The notes under the pieces were generated by a model, which had not been told where the DNA came from, made no database searches, and saw only the letters and a program-made list of their open reading frames with translations. Shown in pieces: positions 49,329-60,089 of a DNA stretch of 64,000 bases. A program made the position numbers and the translations under genes. The DNA is from an uncultured bacterium (lineage in GTDB: Bacteria; Oederibacteriota; JAAXVQ01; JAUVAV01). Each line of letters begins with the position of its first letter. The stretch's first letter is position 1. The stretch lies in the NCBI GenBank assembly GCA_963710755.1, contig CAVQBK010000003.1, forward strand, positions 736,001 through 800,000, written 5' to 3'.

Positions 49329-50329
49329 GAAATGTCAAGGCGGCTCGCTTAAAACGCCTGGTGCAGGGTTTTAGCGGTAAAACCATTCTGGTGGTGGGTG
49401 ACATCATGCTGGACCGGTACATCTGGGGTAAAGTAGAACGGATTTCCCCGGAAGCCCCTATTCCGGTGGTGCATGTGCAACGGGAATCGGATTTGGCCGG
49501 CGGTGCGGCCAATGTCGCCAACAATCTGTGCGCTCTCGGTGGCCAGGTGTTGCTGGCCGGCGTGATTGGCCAGGATGGGCAGGGTACTGAAATTCTGCGT
49601 CTGTTGCGCCGGGAAGGGGTGGCCACCAAATTGATTGTGCAAGATAGCGGGCGGCCGACCATTTCCAAAACCAGAGTTATCGCTCACTCCCAGCAGGTGG
49701 TGCGTATTGATCATGAAAACCCGCACCCCATTGATGCGGAATTGGAAAAGACCCTGTTGAAAAAAATTAAAACCGCCATACCCAAGGTGGATGCCGTCAT
49801 TTTGTCGGACTATAATAAAGGCCTGCTGACGCCGAGTTTATGCGCCGAAGTCATTGCCATGGCCAATCACTATCATAAGATTATAACCGGTGATCCCAAG
49901 CCGGAGAACATCGGCAATTTTGTGGGCCTAACCTTGATCTCGCCCAACCAGATGGAAGCCGAGAAAGCTTCCCAAATGAAGATCAAGGACCGGCACTCGC
50001 TCAAAGTTGCCGGCCAACGCCTGCTGGAGCAGCTTAATTGTGAAGCCATCTTAATCACCCGGGGAGAAGAAGGCATGGCTTTGTTCGAGCGTCAGGCCGG
50101 CTTTTCTGATATTCATACCGTGGCCCGGGAAGTCTATGATGTCTCCGGGGCCGGCGACACGGTGATCTCCACGCTCACGCTAGCCCTGGCCAGCGGTGCC
50201 AATTTTAAGGAAGCCGCTGTAGCGGCCAATTGTGCGGCGGGCATTACGGTGGCTGAGGTTGGCGTAGCCACCACCAATCAAAAAGAACTGAGCAAAAGAA
50301 TTGGAGAAGAACCTTGGAAGTCATCTTAA
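49325..50329 (+). CDS. rfaE1: Heptose-7-phosphate kinase (RfaE domain I)
   Basis: GDIMLDRY..G.VERISPEAP.PV, SDY.KG and DVSGAGDT motifs. Confidence 0.95.
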   Translation: MRNVKAARLKRLVQGFSGKTILVVGDIMLDRYIWGKVERISPEAPIPVVHVQRESDLAGGAANVANNLCALGGQVLLAGVIGQDGQGTEILRLLRREGVATKLIVQDSGRPTISKTRVIAHSQQVVRIDHENPHPIDAELEKTLLKKIKTAIPKVDAVILSDYNKGLLTPSLCAEVIAMANHYHKIITGDPKPENIGNFVGLTLISPNQMEAEKASQMKIKDRHSLKVAGQRLLEQLNCEAILITRGEEGMALFERQAGFSDIHTVAREVYDVSGAGDTVISTLTLALASGANFKEAAVAANCAAGITVAEVGVATTNQKELSKRIGEEPWKSS

Positions 50330-50832
50330 GCATACCCCGCGATCCCCGATCCAAAATTATGTCCCAGGAGGAGGCCGCCCAAACCGTCAAGCGTTGGAAG
50401 ACCCAGGCACGCGTACCTGTGTTTACCAACGGCTGCTTTGATATTTTACACCAAGGCCATGTGACCTATCTTCATCAGGCCCGCCTCTTGGGCGATGCCA
50501 TGGTGGTGGGCATCAACAGTGATGCTTCGGTGGCCAGGATTAAAGGTCCCAAGCGGCCGATTCTTTCCCAACAGGAGCGGGCCGAATTGGTGGCAGCCCT
50601 GGAATGCGTGGATCTGGTGGTGATTTTCGAAGAAGATAATCCGGGCAGTCTGATTGCGCGCTTGGAACCGCTTATTCTGGTCAAGGGCGCTGATTGGCCC
50701 AAGGACCAAGTCATCGGCCGGGAGACCGTGGAGGCTTTGGGCGGGGAAGTGAAGTCCATTCCTCTGGTGGAAGGCCGCAGCACCACCGGCATTATTGACC
50801 TTATCCTCAGCCGTTACGGTCAGGAAGGCTAG
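50314..50832 (+). CDS. rfaE2: Heptose-1-phosphate adenylyltransferase (RfaE domain II)
   Basis: FTNGCFDILH.GH, NSD.SV..KGP.RP, VKG.D and STT motifs; start codon uncertain. Confidence 0.95.
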   Translation: MEVILSIPRDPRSKIMSQEEAAQTVKRWKTQARVPVFTNGCFDILHQGHVTYLHQARLLGDAMVVGINSDASVARIKGPKRPILSQQERAELVAALECVDLVVIFEEDNPGSLIARLEPLILVKGADWPKDQVIGRETVEALGGEVKSIPLVEGRSTTGIIDLILSRYGQEG

Positions 50833-50839
50833 GCCGGGC

Positions 50840-51586
50840 ATGCGTGTGATCGGCATCATTCCGGCGCGTTTTGGCGCCAGCCGCCTGCCGGGCAAACCGC
50901 TGGCGATGATCAATGGAAGGCCCTTGATTGAACATGTATGGCGCCGGGCCGGCAAGGCCAAAAGCCTTAACCGGCTGATCGTGGCCACTGATGATGAGCG
51001 TATTAAAACGGTTGTGGAAGCCTTCGGCGGGGAAGCCATGATGACTCCCGCGGCTTGCGCCTCCGGCACGGACCGACTTGCCAAGGTCGTGGAGCGCATC
51101 CCTTGCGATGTGGTGGTGAATATTCAGGGTGATGAACCTTTTCTTATTCCGCAATATCTGGATAAAGTAGTGGCCCCTTTTCAAGCCGATCATCGGCTGT
51201 TGATGGCCACGCTGGCGGCGCCCCTGCCGCCGGAAGATCTGCACAATCCCAATGCTGTCAAAGTGGTTATTGATCGCGAAGCCTATGCACTTTATTTTTC
51301 ACGTGCTCCCATTCCTTTTTCCCGAGATGGTGATCACAGCGGGGGCGCAGCCCAACCCAGATTGCATTTGGGCATCTATGCGTACCACCGCAGTTTTTTA
51401 CTGAGGTTTGCCCAACTGCCACATACCCCCTTGGAGCTGACGGAGAAATTGGAACAACTGCGCGCCCTGGAGCATGGTATCCGGATTAAAGTGGTACCCG
51501 TGCGCCGGGCCACGCTTTCCGTGGATACGCCGGAAGACCTCGTCTGCGCCGTGGCAATGATGAACAAACGCAAATCTCAGTCTTAG
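50840..51586 (+). CDS. kdsB: CMP-Kdo synthetase
   Basis: IPARFGASRLPGKPL, SGTDR, NIQGDEP, YFSR and EKLEQLRAL motifs. Confidence 0.97.
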   Translation: MRVIGIIPARFGASRLPGKPLAMINGRPLIEHVWRRAGKAKSLNRLIVATDDERIKTVVEAFGGEAMMTPAACASGTDRLAKVVERIPCDVVVNIQGDEPFLIPQYLDKVVAPFQADHRLLMATLAAPLPPEDLHNPNAVKVVIDREAYALYFSRAPIPFSRDGDHSGGAAQPRLHLGIYAYHRSFLLRFAQLPHTPLELTEKLEQLRALEHGIRIKVVPVRRATLSVDTPEDLVCAVAMMNKRKSQS

Positions 51587-51595
51587 AGGCATCCC

Positions 51596-52390
51596 TCATT
51601 TGCCTGACTTCAGGTAAGTCCGCCACTGCTGATTGATTTTCCGTAAATTCATTAATTTGTTAAACCACGAGCGCTGGCGCAGGGGTGCGCTGGACTGAAA
51701 AAATAACTGCAGGATATGCACCATGTTAAGGCCGGGCTGGAAAGTTCGCGCACAATGGGCGCAGTAGGTCACAAACGCCTTAGCCTGGTGGCGGAGACGT
51801 TTACTCTTGCTGGCCGGGGTTTTGGACAAACAGCAGGAAAGCGGGTGGCTGGTCCCAGCCGGAGTCACGGGCAAGTGCATTTTTTTCGCCAGACCATAAA
51901 AAGAAGAAGACAAGTCACGATGGGCACGGGCAGGACAAGGATGATGAACCAACAGCTCCTCCATTCCGGTGTCCAAGGGTCGGGTTGGTGACAATAGATC
52001 ATACAAGAAGGTTAATTTGGGCGGATGAGCCAGCTTTGCAAAGATGGCGGTAAAGCGCTTGTGACAGGTGCTACAGGGTGTAATGATTTCCTGGATATGG
52101 TTGCTTTCAATCATGGTTACCAGACGTGCTTCAACGGTGACCGCGGCCTGAGTGGCATGGGCATAAATTAGGGGCATACCGCAGCAGTCCTGCCACAGGC
52201 CGATGGCTTTGTCCTGACGATGCAGATGCGCCCAGGTTTGCAGGGTCAAAGCAGCATCCGCCTCTGCCAGGGAACAGCAGGGAAAAAACACCCGCGCATG
52301 CCCGCTGTAAGTGCGAAACCAGGGCGCATGGCGCAACCCGTACTCCATCCGGGCATATCTTTTTTTTATTCCTTTGATCAGTCTATTCAT
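51596..52390 (-). CDS. CCG-domain (Fe-S)-binding protein
   Basis: FFPCCS, DCCG, TPCSTC, HHPC, SCC and TYCAHC: two CCG-type Cys clusters. Confidence 0.75.
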   Translation of the reverse strand: MNRLIKGIKKRYARMEYGLRHAPWFRTYSGHARVFFPCCSLAEADAALTLQTWAHLHRQDKAIGLWQDCCGMPLIYAHATQAAVTVEARLVTMIESNHIQEIITPCSTCHKRFTAIFAKLAHPPKLTFLYDLLSPTRPLDTGMEELLVHHPCPARAHRDLSSSFYGLAKKMHLPVTPAGTSHPLSCCLSKTPASKSKRLRHQAKAFVTYCAHCARTFQPGLNMVHILQLFFQSSAPLRQRSWFNKLMNLRKINQQWRTYLKSGK

Positions 52391-52856
52391 GATGATAAGG
52401 CTCGTTTTTCAAAATGGTCATGGCGCGATATAGTTGTTCGACCGCCACCAGGCGAATAAGATCATGGGCCAGAGTCATTTTGGAAAAGGAGAGGCGCTTG
52501 GGTACAGCAGCATAAACCTCAGAAGAAAAACCATAGGGTCCTCCTATGACCAAGGTCAGGGTGGACAAGCTGCTGTTCATGTGACTCTGCAGAAAATGAG
52601 CGAATTGGAGGGAGGTCATGGTGTCGCCCTTCTCATCGAGCAGGATAGCCTGCTGACCGGCGGGGAGATGCTTCAATAGCAGTTGACCTTCCACCTGTTT
52701 GCGCTGGGGAATGGGCAGGGAGCCCGCCTTTTTAGGATCAGGCAGAAATGTGGTTTCAAAGGGAAGATAATGATTTAATCGTTTTTGATAATAAACAATA
52801 CCTTTTTCAATATAAGGCGCCGCAGTGAGACCCAATCCCAATAAGCGAATTTTCAT
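52383..52856 (-). CDS. rlmH: 23S rRNA pseudouridine-1915 N3-methyltransferase
   Basis: LDEKG, IGGPYGF, S.SKMT..H and EQLYRA.TI....PYHHE motifs. Confidence 0.95.
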   Translation of the reverse strand: MKIRLLGLGLTAAPYIEKGIVYYQKRLNHYLPFETTFLPDPKKAGSLPIPQRKQVEGQLLLKHLPAGQQAILLDEKGDTMTSLQFAHFLQSHMNSSLSTLTLVIGGPYGFSSEVYAAVPKRLSFSKMTLAHDLIRLVAVEQLYRAMTILKNEPYHHE

Positions 52857-53092
52857 GGTTGTCCTAACCTCAAGTTTTTCTTCCCATTCTCTCCATCTTG
52901 CGGTCATCACTTCTTTTAAATCTTTTTTCTCCGGCCAATGGGAAGAACGGAAAGAAAATCAAAACCTTAACCTTGTCTGATTAGGCGGCATTGTAGCACA
53001 GTAGCGGCGGGAAGGGAAACTTCCGAAAAACTAACTTGTTCAGTCCCGGATTTTGGTGTACAAAAGAGCTACTTTAACCAAGGAGGTTAATC

Positions 53093-53668
53093 ATGGGTAA
53101 GATCAAAGGAACGGCAACAGAAAAAAATTTATTAAAAGCCTTTGCCGGGGAATCACAAGCCCGTAACCGCTATACCTATTTCGCCAGTGTGGCCAAAAAA
53201 GAAGGTTACGTGCAAATCGCCGATATTTTCGAGGAAACCGCCAATCAGGAAAAAGAACATGCCAAACGATTTTTTAGTTTTCTCGAGGGTGGTATGACCG
53301 AAATTACGGCCATGTATCCGGCTGGGATCACCGGCACTACCGCGGAAAATCTCAAAGCTGCGGCTGGCGGAGAACACGAAGAATGGACCGATCTTTATCC
53401 TGGCTTTGCCCAAGTGGCCCGGGAAGAGGGTTTTGAAGCGGTGGCCAAACTTTTTGAGTTTGTGTGTGTGGCGGAGAAGCAGCATGAAAAACGCTATCTC
53501 GGTCTTTTGAAAAATCTCGAGAATAGCACGGTCTTTAAAAAGGATAAGTCCGTGGTCTGGCGCTGCCGCAATTGCGGCTATTTACATGAAGGTGATACTG
53601 CGCCTGGTGCCTGTCCGGCCTGCGCCCATCCCCAGGCCTATTTTGAATTGTTGGCGGAAAACTGGTAA
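53093..53668 (+). CDS. rbr: Rubrerythrin
   Basis: T.KNL..AFAGESQARNRY, EKEHA, E..HE.RY and W.CRNCGY...CPACAHP motifs. Confidence 0.97.
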   Translation: MGKIKGTATEKNLLKAFAGESQARNRYTYFASVAKKEGYVQIADIFEETANQEKEHAKRFFSFLEGGMTEITAMYPAGITGTTAENLKAAAGGEHEEWTDLYPGFAQVAREEGFEAVAKLFEFVCVAEKQHEKRYLGLLKNLENSTVFKKDKSVVWRCRNCGYLHEGDTAPGACPACAHPQAYFELLAENW

Positions 53669-53693
53669 TTATCAGTGCCCTCCCCATGTCCGT

Positions 53694-53740
53694 TTGGTCA
53701 CGAGTAATCCAGCCCCCAGGCCGAGATTACTCGTGACCAA
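53694..53740. repeat. 16-bp perfect inverted repeat after rbr
   Basis: TTGGTCACGAGTAATC-(15 nt)-GATTACTCGTGACCAA; no U-tract on the + strand. Confidence 0.8.
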
Positions 53741-53969
53741 CTGAACCTGCCCATGCTTTTGCCCTGGCGCGCTTCCTCAAATTTTATCGAATTGAATTGA
53801 TATTTTCATTCAGTTGTGTAGAATAAGAGGTCCCCACCAAGTTGTTCAATAAAATTGTGGCGACAGTCAAGAACATCCGATTCAAGGTCCAACAACTACA
53901 TAAGCACCCCAATGTGTATTGATGCCGGAAAATTTTATGGCGATTTTATTTTCCTGGAGGAGGAAATTT

Positions 53970-55634
53970 ATGGCCCAACAGACGAAATATATTTTTGTGA
54001 CCGGGGGGGTGGTGTCATCGCTGGGCAAAGGCCTGGCAGCGGCCTCTTTAGGCGCTTTGCTTGAAGCCCGCGGCCTGACGATCACCATGGCCAAATTCGA
54101 TCCTTACATTAATATCGACCCGGGCACCATGAGTCCTTATCAACACGGCGAAGTCTACGTGACGGAAGATGGTGCGGAGACGGATCTGGATTTGGGCCAT
54201 TACGAACGGTTTACCCATTCGGTGATTACTAAATACAGCAATGTCACCACCGGCAAAATATATAATGCTGTTATCAAAAAAGAGCGGCGCGGGGAATACC
54301 TGGGCAAAACCGTGCAGGTCGTACCGCACATCACCAATGAAATCAAAGAACGGGTCAGAAAAGTGGTGGCTCAGCGCAAGGTGGATGTGGCCATTATTGA
54401 AATTGGAGGCACCATCGGCGATATCGAGAGCCTGCCGTTTCTGGAAGCCATCCGTCAATTCCGGTTGGAAGAAGGCCGGACTAATGTGATTAACATTCAT
54501 TTGACCCTGGTGCCTTATATTCACGCAGCCGGTGAGCTTAAGACCAAGCCCACCCAACATTCAGTCTCCCAGATGCTCTCTATCGGCATCCAGCCGGATA
54601 TTATTTTGTGCCGGACCGAACATGCCCTGAGCGCAGAGCTGAAAAATAAAATATCCCTCTTTTGCAATGTCAATGTGGAGGCCGTGGTCCAAGCTATTGA
54701 TGTTAAAACCATTTACGAAGTACCGCTTATGTTTGAGCGGGAAAAGTTCGATGAGATCGTGTTAAAGAAGCTGGCTTTGAAAATCAAACCGGTACGGCTG
54801 GAGCGCTGGAAAAAAATCGTGACCTTGGCCAAAAAACCGCCCAAGCGCGCCAAGATTGCAGTGGTGGGTAAATACATGGAAGTTCAGGATGCCTATAAGA
54901 GCATCAAGGAAGCCTTGCTGCATGGGGGGTTGGCCAACCGTTCAGCTGTGGACATTGCCTGGATCGATGCCGATCTATTGGTTAAAAACAACAAAGAGGC
55001 TTGGGCCAACCTGAGACAATGCCATGGTATTCTGGTGCCGGGCGGTTTCGGCAGCCGCGGCATTGAGGGCAAAATTCATGCGGTTAAATTTGCCCGGGAG
55101 CAAAAAATCCCCTTTTTCGGTATTTGCCTGGGTATGCATTGCGCGGTGATTGAATTTGCCCGCCATGTGGCTGGTTTGGCCCAGGCCCATACCACTGAGA
55201 TTGAACCCAAGACGCCTCATCCGGTGATTGCTCTCCTGGCGGAACAGCAGGGTGTCAGGGAACTGGGCGGCACCATGCGCCTGGGCGCCTATCCATGCCG
55301 TCTCAAACCCCATACCCTGGCCGCCAAGGCCTACGGGGAAAAAGTGATTTTTGAACGTCACCGTCACCGCTATGAATTTAACAATTACTATAAGGAAATG
55401 CTGGAAGCGCAAGGGCTGATCATTTCCGGGACATCGCCCGATGAACAGTTGGTGGAAATGATAGAGATCAAGGATCATCCCTGGTTTGTGGCAGGACAAT
55501 TCCATCCTGAATTTAAATCCAGGCCCACCGAAGCCCATCCGCTTTTCAATCATTTTGTCAAGGCGACTTTGGCCCATCAGGAACCAACCACCCCAAAAAA
55601 TAAAAAAACCAGGAAACAACATGCAGGCCATTAG
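53970..55634 (+). CDS. pyrG: CTP synthase
   Basis: [34 protein letters not shown] and QFHPE motifs. Confidence 0.99.
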   Translation: MAQQTKYIFVTGGVVSSLGKGLAAASLGALLEARGLTITMAKFDPYINIDPGTMSPYQHGEVYVTEDGAETDLDLGHYERFTHSVITKYSNVTTGKIYNAVIKKERRGEYLGKTVQVVPHITNEIKERVRKVVAQRKVDVAIIEIGGTIGDIESLPFLEAIRQFRLEEGRTNVINIHLTLVPYIHAAGELKTKPTQHSVSQMLSIGIQPDIILCRTEHALSAELKNKISLFCNVNVEAVVQAIDVKTIYEVPLMFEREKFDEIVLKKLALKIKPVRLERWKKIVTLAKKPPKRAKIAVVGKYMEVQDAYKSIKEALLHGGLANRSAVDIAWIDADLLVKNNKEAWANLRQCHGILVPGGFGSRGIEGKIHAVKFAREQKIPFFGICLGMHCAVIEFARHVAGLAQAHTTEIEPKTPHPVIALLAEQQGVRELGGTMRLGAYPCRLKPHTLAAKAYGEKVIFERHRHRYEFNNYYKEMLEAQGLIISGTSPDEQLVEMIEIKDHPWFVAGQFHPEFKSRPTEAHPLFNHFVKATLAHQEPTTPKNKKTRKQHAGH

Positions 55635-56439
55635 TCTCGGCGGCCATCCCTTTGGGGACACTGACTTTTTATTGGTGGCCGGCCCTTGTGTGCTGGAGAG
55701 CAAAGCCCTGGCTTTTCAGATTGCCGAATCTTTGCTGGAGATGGTAGCCAATAAACCGGTAACCTTGGTATTTAAGGCGTCCTATGATAAAGCCAACCGG
55801 TCTTCCGGGGAGTCTTTCCGCGGGCCTGGTCTGGAGGATGGCTTGGCCATTCTCCAGGAACTGAAAGAAAAATTGGGCCTGCTGGTGCTTTCCGATGTTC
55901 ACGAAGCCCGGGAAATACCCCTGGCCAGCACGGTTTTGGATGTTATCCAAATTCCGGCGTTTTTATGCCGCCAGACCAGTCTGCTTACGGCAGCCGCCCA
56001 AACTCAAAAAGCGGTGAACATTAAGAAAGGCCAGTTTTTAGCGCCTTGGGATATGGAGCAGGTGCTGGCTAAAGTCCGTGGCATCAATCCCAATATTCTT
56101 GTGACCGAGCGGGGCACATCATTTGGTTACAATAATTTAGTGGTGGATATGCGCAGTCTGGCTATTATGGGTCAGTGGCAGGTGCCGGTTTTGTTTGATG
56201 CCACCCATAGTGTGCAGTTGCCGGGCGGGGGCAGGCAATCCGGCGGCAACCGCGAATTCATACCAGTGCTGGCCCGAGCTGCCGTGGCGGCAGGGATCAA
56301 TGGTCTGTTTTTGGAGACCCATCCTAATCCTGAACATGCCCTGTCCGATTCAGCCAGTATGCTGCCCTTAGACGACCTGCCCAAACTTTTACAGGATGTG
56401 CTAAGCCTGCACGACCTGAGAAAGGCCATGGCCGGATGA
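55621..56439 (+). CDS. kdsA: Kdo-8-phosphate synthase
   Basis: [31 protein letters not shown] and DATHSVQ.PG motifs. Confidence 0.98.
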   Translation: MQAISLGGHPFGDTDFLLVAGPCVLESKALAFQIAESLLEMVANKPVTLVFKASYDKANRSSGESFRGPGLEDGLAILQELKEKLGLLVLSDVHEAREIPLASTVLDVIQIPAFLCRQTSLLTAAAQTQKAVNIKKGQFLAPWDMEQVLAKVRGINPNILVTERGTSFGYNNLVVDMRSLAIMGQWQVPVLFDATHSVQLPGGGRQSGGNREFIPVLARAAVAAGINGLFLETHPNPEHALSDSASMLPLDDLPKLLQDVLSLHDLRKAMAG

Positions 56440-56837
56440 AGGAAGCCAGCTTATATTGTGATGGCGGTGCCCGGGGCAATCCCGGTCCTGCGGCCGCAGG
56501 CGCCGTGCTCCAACATGAGGGCAAGTTGTTGGACGAACAAGGCCGGTTTTTGGGCCGGGCCACCAATAATGTGGCTGAATACCAAGGGGTGCTGCTGGGC
56601 CTGCAGATGGCCAAGGCCCATGGTATTGAAACCCTGCATATTCGGTTGGACTCCGAGCTGATCGTTAAACAGCTGCTGGGCCTGTATAAAGTAAAACATC
56701 CAGTGCTAAAACCTCTATGGGAAAGTGTAAAGGTCAGTCTGACTCATTTTAAAGCCTGGGATATTGCCCATGTGCCCCGGGCTCAGAACAAGGAAGCGGA
56801 CCGTATGGTCAATCAAGTGCTCGATCAAGAAAGCTGA
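56436..56837 (+). CDS. rnhA: Ribonuclease HI
   Basis: DGGARGNPGPA, TNNVAEY, DSEL and HVPR..N.EAD motifs. Confidence 0.93.
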   Translation: MKEASLYCDGGARGNPGPAAAGAVLQHEGKLLDEQGRFLGRATNNVAEYQGVLLGLQMAKAHGIETLHIRLDSELIVKQLLGLYKVKHPVLKPLWESVKVSLTHFKAWDIAHVPRAQNKEADRMVNQVLDQES

Positions 56838-57038
56838 GCATGCCCTAGTTCGTTCTTGCTACGGATTGCTGTGGTAACATCCTTTGGGCGAACAGCGGTT
56901 AGCAGAGCAAACTGCTTCAAAGAAACAAACCGCTCGCCGATGCGGTTTGTTTCAATGCCGCCCAAAGAATGGTGCAATACGTTGGTGGTCTTTTAACCAA
57001 ATAGCCTTTTCGAATAGAAGCTAATCAACTTCTGTTGC

Positions 57039-57083
57039 GGTTCTGTAAGGTGCAAGCGTGCCTGGTGCTTACAGACCTTTTTT
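57039..57083 (+). terminator. Rho-independent terminator in the rnhA-pilZ intergenic region
   Basis: GG(T)TCTGTAAG...CTTACAGACC followed by TTTTTT. Confidence 0.65.
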
Positions 57084-57232
57084 GCAATGCAGCATCACCA
57101 CCATGAAGGTCTTTCAATAATGGACCGCTTTTGGCCACAAGAACTAAGGGCCAGACCCTATTAAGGATAGTAGGTCTATGCTATGATGAAACGGCCAATA
57201 ATGATTTAGACCGAAAGAAAAGGAGAGCAGGT

Positions 57233-57625
57233 ATGGAGAGCGGGTCTTTATCAGTTGAAAAAAGAAAACACCCCAGAATTAGGGTGACCCTGCCAGTAGA
57301 GTTCAAAGTGATCAACGAGAGCGATGAAGCCTATCTGACCTTGGATAAAGAACGGCAACAGCTGGCGGGAGATTCGAAAAACATCTCTTCCGAAGGCTTG
57401 TTCTTGGTGTCAGAGAGGTATTTGGAAAAAGGTGATATTTTAAAGATCGAGATGACCTTGCCTGACGAGGACAAACGGGTAAGTGCTTTTGCTGAAATTG
57501 TGTGGGTTTCTGATCATGGATTAGTGGAAGGCCAGCACGGCGCAGGCCTGTTTTTTATGGCACTCCGTGATGAAGATGCCGATCGCATAGGTCGGCTGGT
57601 AGCCAACATGCTTAAAACCATCTGA
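57233..57625 (+). CDS. PilZ-domain c-di-GMP receptor
   Basis: EKRKHPR (RxxxR) and NISSEG (D/NxSxxG) motifs; aggag RBS. Confidence 0.9.
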   Translation: MESGSLSVEKRKHPRIRVTLPVEFKVINESDEAYLTLDKERQQLAGDSKNISSEGLFLVSERYLEKGDILKIEMTLPDEDKRVSAFAEIVWVSDHGLVEGQHGAGLFFMALRDEDADRIGRLVANMLKTI

Positions 57626-57695
57626 GCCTGCCCATGATCTGTCGATAGCATTATTTGATCCGGCAAGGTGGAAGCCACAAGTGAGGAGGACCGTT

Positions 57696-58532
57696 ATGTG
57701 GAATGCTTTAAAAACGTTTATGTTATTGACCGCCATGACCATGCTGCTCATGCTTATAGGCGCTCGTCTGGGTGGTAATCAGGGGATGATCCTGGCCTTT
57801 GGGCTGGCCGTACTGCTTAATTTTTCAAGCTACTGGTTTTCCGACAAAATTGTGCTGGCCATGTATAAAGCCCGCGATCCTCAGCCACGGGAACAGGCCG
57901 TGGTGGACCTGGTGGAAGAACTGGCTCAGCGGGCTGACCTACCCGTGCCCAAGGTGAAAGTCATCGACACCACCATGTGCAATGCCTTTGCCACCGGCCG
58001 CAATCCCCAACATGCGGTGGTGGCGGTCACCACCGGGATTTTGGGCATCTTAAACCGGGAAGAACTGGCGGCCGTATTGGCCCACGAACTTTCCCATGTA
58101 CGTCATCGCGATATTCTTATTGGAGCTGTGGCCGCTACCATGGCCGGTGCCATTGCCATGCTGGGACGGCTGGCCTTCTTTTTCGGCGGCGGCCGTGACC
58201 GGGATAATATCCTGGTGTCGCTGGTGATGATGATTCTGGCGCCGATTGCGGCTTTGCTGATTCAGATGGCTATTTCCCGTTCTCGTGAATTTGAGGCGGA
58301 CCGGGGGTCGGCCCGTTTAACCAAGGATCCGGAAGCCCTGGTGCGGGCTCTGGAAAAATTACACCAACAAGCCAGCCGCCATCCGGTGCTGGCCACTGGC
58401 CAGCAGAGTGCAACAGCGCATTTGTTTATTGTTAATCCTTTTAAAGCCGGGTGGTTGACCTCGTTGTTTTCCACCCATCCCTCGCTGGAACAGCGCGTCG
58501 CCAATTTACGTGACATGGCCAGACAAGTATAA
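57696..58532 (+). CDS. htpX: Zinc metalloprotease HtpX
   Basis: NAFATGR, AHELSH, SRSREF.AD and FSTHP motifs. Confidence 0.96.
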   Translation: MWNALKTFMLLTAMTMLLMLIGARLGGNQGMILAFGLAVLLNFSSYWFSDKIVLAMYKARDPQPREQAVVDLVEELAQRADLPVPKVKVIDTTMCNAFATGRNPQHAVVAVTTGILGILNREELAAVLAHELSHVRHRDILIGAVAATMAGAIAMLGRLAFFFGGGRDRDNILVSLVMMILAPIAALLIQMAISRSREFEADRGSARLTKDPEALVRALEKLHQQASRHPVLATGQQSATAHLFIVNPFKAGWLTSLFSTHPSLEQRVANLRDMARQV

Positions 58533-58700
58533 GTCCTGCCTTTGCAGCAGCCCTGTTGGGCGATAATTTTTCTTGATCAGGATTACACAGGCCCTGTAGG
58601 TAGGACGCCTGCTCATCCGCGATTTCTTTAAGGGCCAGTAGTATTGAAAAAGCGGACGCGTCTCTTAACCACCAGGAGGTGTCTGCTGGGAGCATTCATC

Positions 58701-60026
58701 ATGAACAGCAAACGCAGCGCCCGCTATTGGGCTTGGACCATTATTAATCAAACCGAGCAGCAGGGGGGGTGGGCCGATACCTTGTTGGATCAGTTGCAGC
58801 AGCAACAGCCGCTTTCCGCTCAAGACCAGGCGCTTTGCCGCACCCTGGTGTTGGGGGTGATTAAGCATCGAACCTCCCTGGATTACCAGTTGGCTCCGCT
58901 TTGGAAAAAAGAACCCAAACCGAAATTAAAAAATCTCCTGCGTTTGGCTATTTATCAGCAGCTTTATCTGCAACGTATTCCTGTTCACGCCTGGATGAAT
59001 GAAGCCGTAGAGTTGGCCAAAACGCATTTTTCCCAGGCCATGGCCGGCTTTGTTAATGCTGTATTGAGACAATGGCTGCGACAGGGCAGCAGACCTCTTC
59101 CCGATAAAACGACTGATTTATTGGGCTATTTAACGGCAGCCCATGCTTTTCCAGTCTGGCTTGCGGCTCAATGGCTGGAGCAATTGGGCCCGGAACAAGC
59201 GGAAACGATGATGGCCGCGGCCAATGAGGTGCCACCGTTGGTGCTGCGCGTTAACACCCTGAAGCAATCCACCGCAGCTTTGGCTCAGGCCTTGGAGACT
59301 GAGGGCATTGAGACGACGCCTGGTCCTGTGCCGGACAGCCTGGTGGCAGCCAGGACCGACAGACCAGTTCAAACCTGGCCTGGATTTAAGCAGGGCTGGT
59401 TTTATCTTCAAGACGGCGGGTCCCAATTAATCGGGCGGCTGGCCAATCCTCAACCTCAGGAAACCTGGCTCGATCTCTGCGCTGCTCCTGGTGGCAAGAC
59501 GACGCACTTGGCGCAGCTTATGGACGATCAAGGCCAGGTTAAGGCCTATGATGTCACCCCTGCCAAGCGGGCCCTGTTGATGGACAATGTGCGGCGTTTG
59601 GGATTAACCGGGGTTGATGTTTTAGCCACCAAGCCGGACGCGCTCCTGGCTGACGGCGTGCTGGTGGATGCGCCGTGTTCAGGGTTGGGCACACTCAGGA
59701 GGCACCCGGAGACCAAATGGCGGATTGCCCCGGAAGACATCGTCCGCCTGGGGAAGATTCAAGCCGGCCTATTGGATGAAGCCAGTACGTTTGTCAAACC
59801 GGGCGGGAAGTTGATTTATTCCACCTGCACCACCACTAGGGAAGAGAACGAAGACCAGGTTGATGGCTTTCAACATCGGCATTCGGACTTTCAGCTGTTG
59901 ACCTTTTCTGATCAACCTGATCCGGTTCTGCAGCCTTATTGGGACCATGCGGGCTATTTTAAAACCTATCCTGGTGCGTTCGTCATGGACAGCATGTTTG
60001 CAGTTAAATGGCAACGGAAAAAATAA
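58701..60026 (+). CDS. rsmB: 16S rRNA m5C967 methyltransferase
   Basis: NusB-like N-domain (FVNAVLR), LRVN, QD, DLCAAPGGKT, DAPCSG.G..RRHP and YSTCT..EEN motifs. Confidence 0.95.
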   Translation: MNSKRSARYWAWTIINQTEQQGGWADTLLDQLQQQQPLSAQDQALCRTLVLGVIKHRTSLDYQLAPLWKKEPKPKLKNLLRLAIYQQLYLQRIPVHAWMNEAVELAKTHFSQAMAGFVNAVLRQWLRQGSRPLPDKTTDLLGYLTAAHAFPVWLAAQWLEQLGPEQAETMMAAANEVPPLVLRVNTLKQSTAALAQALETEGIETTPGPVPDSLVAARTDRPVQTWPGFKQGWFYLQDGGSQLIGRLANPQPQETWLDLCAAPGGKTTHLAQLMDDQGQVKAYDVTPAKRALLMDNVRRLGLTGVDVLATKPDALLADGVLVDAPCSGLGTLRRHPETKWRIAPEDIVRLGKIQAGLLDEASTFVKPGGKLIYSTCTTTREENEDQVDGFQHRHSDFQLLTFSDQPDPVLQPYWDHAGYFKTYPGAFVMDSMFAVKWQRKK

Positions 60027-60089
60027 TTTGGTATTAAAAACCAGAGCCGGACGATATAATAAAAATCATCCTTTTAGAGAGGATTAGTT

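Noticed and set aside
53791-53815. Fur/PerR box near rubrerythrin
   Set aside because: It lies downstream of rbr and is better explained as the pyrG promoter (TTGATA-N16-TAGAAT); the palindrome is imperfect.
56838-57230. RNase P RNA after rnhA, or a c-di-GMP-I riboswitch
   Set aside because: No GAGGAAAGTCC or ACAGAA.CCGGC motifs. AGCAAAC is present, but the GAAA stem and GACGCAAAG elements of the aptamer are missing.
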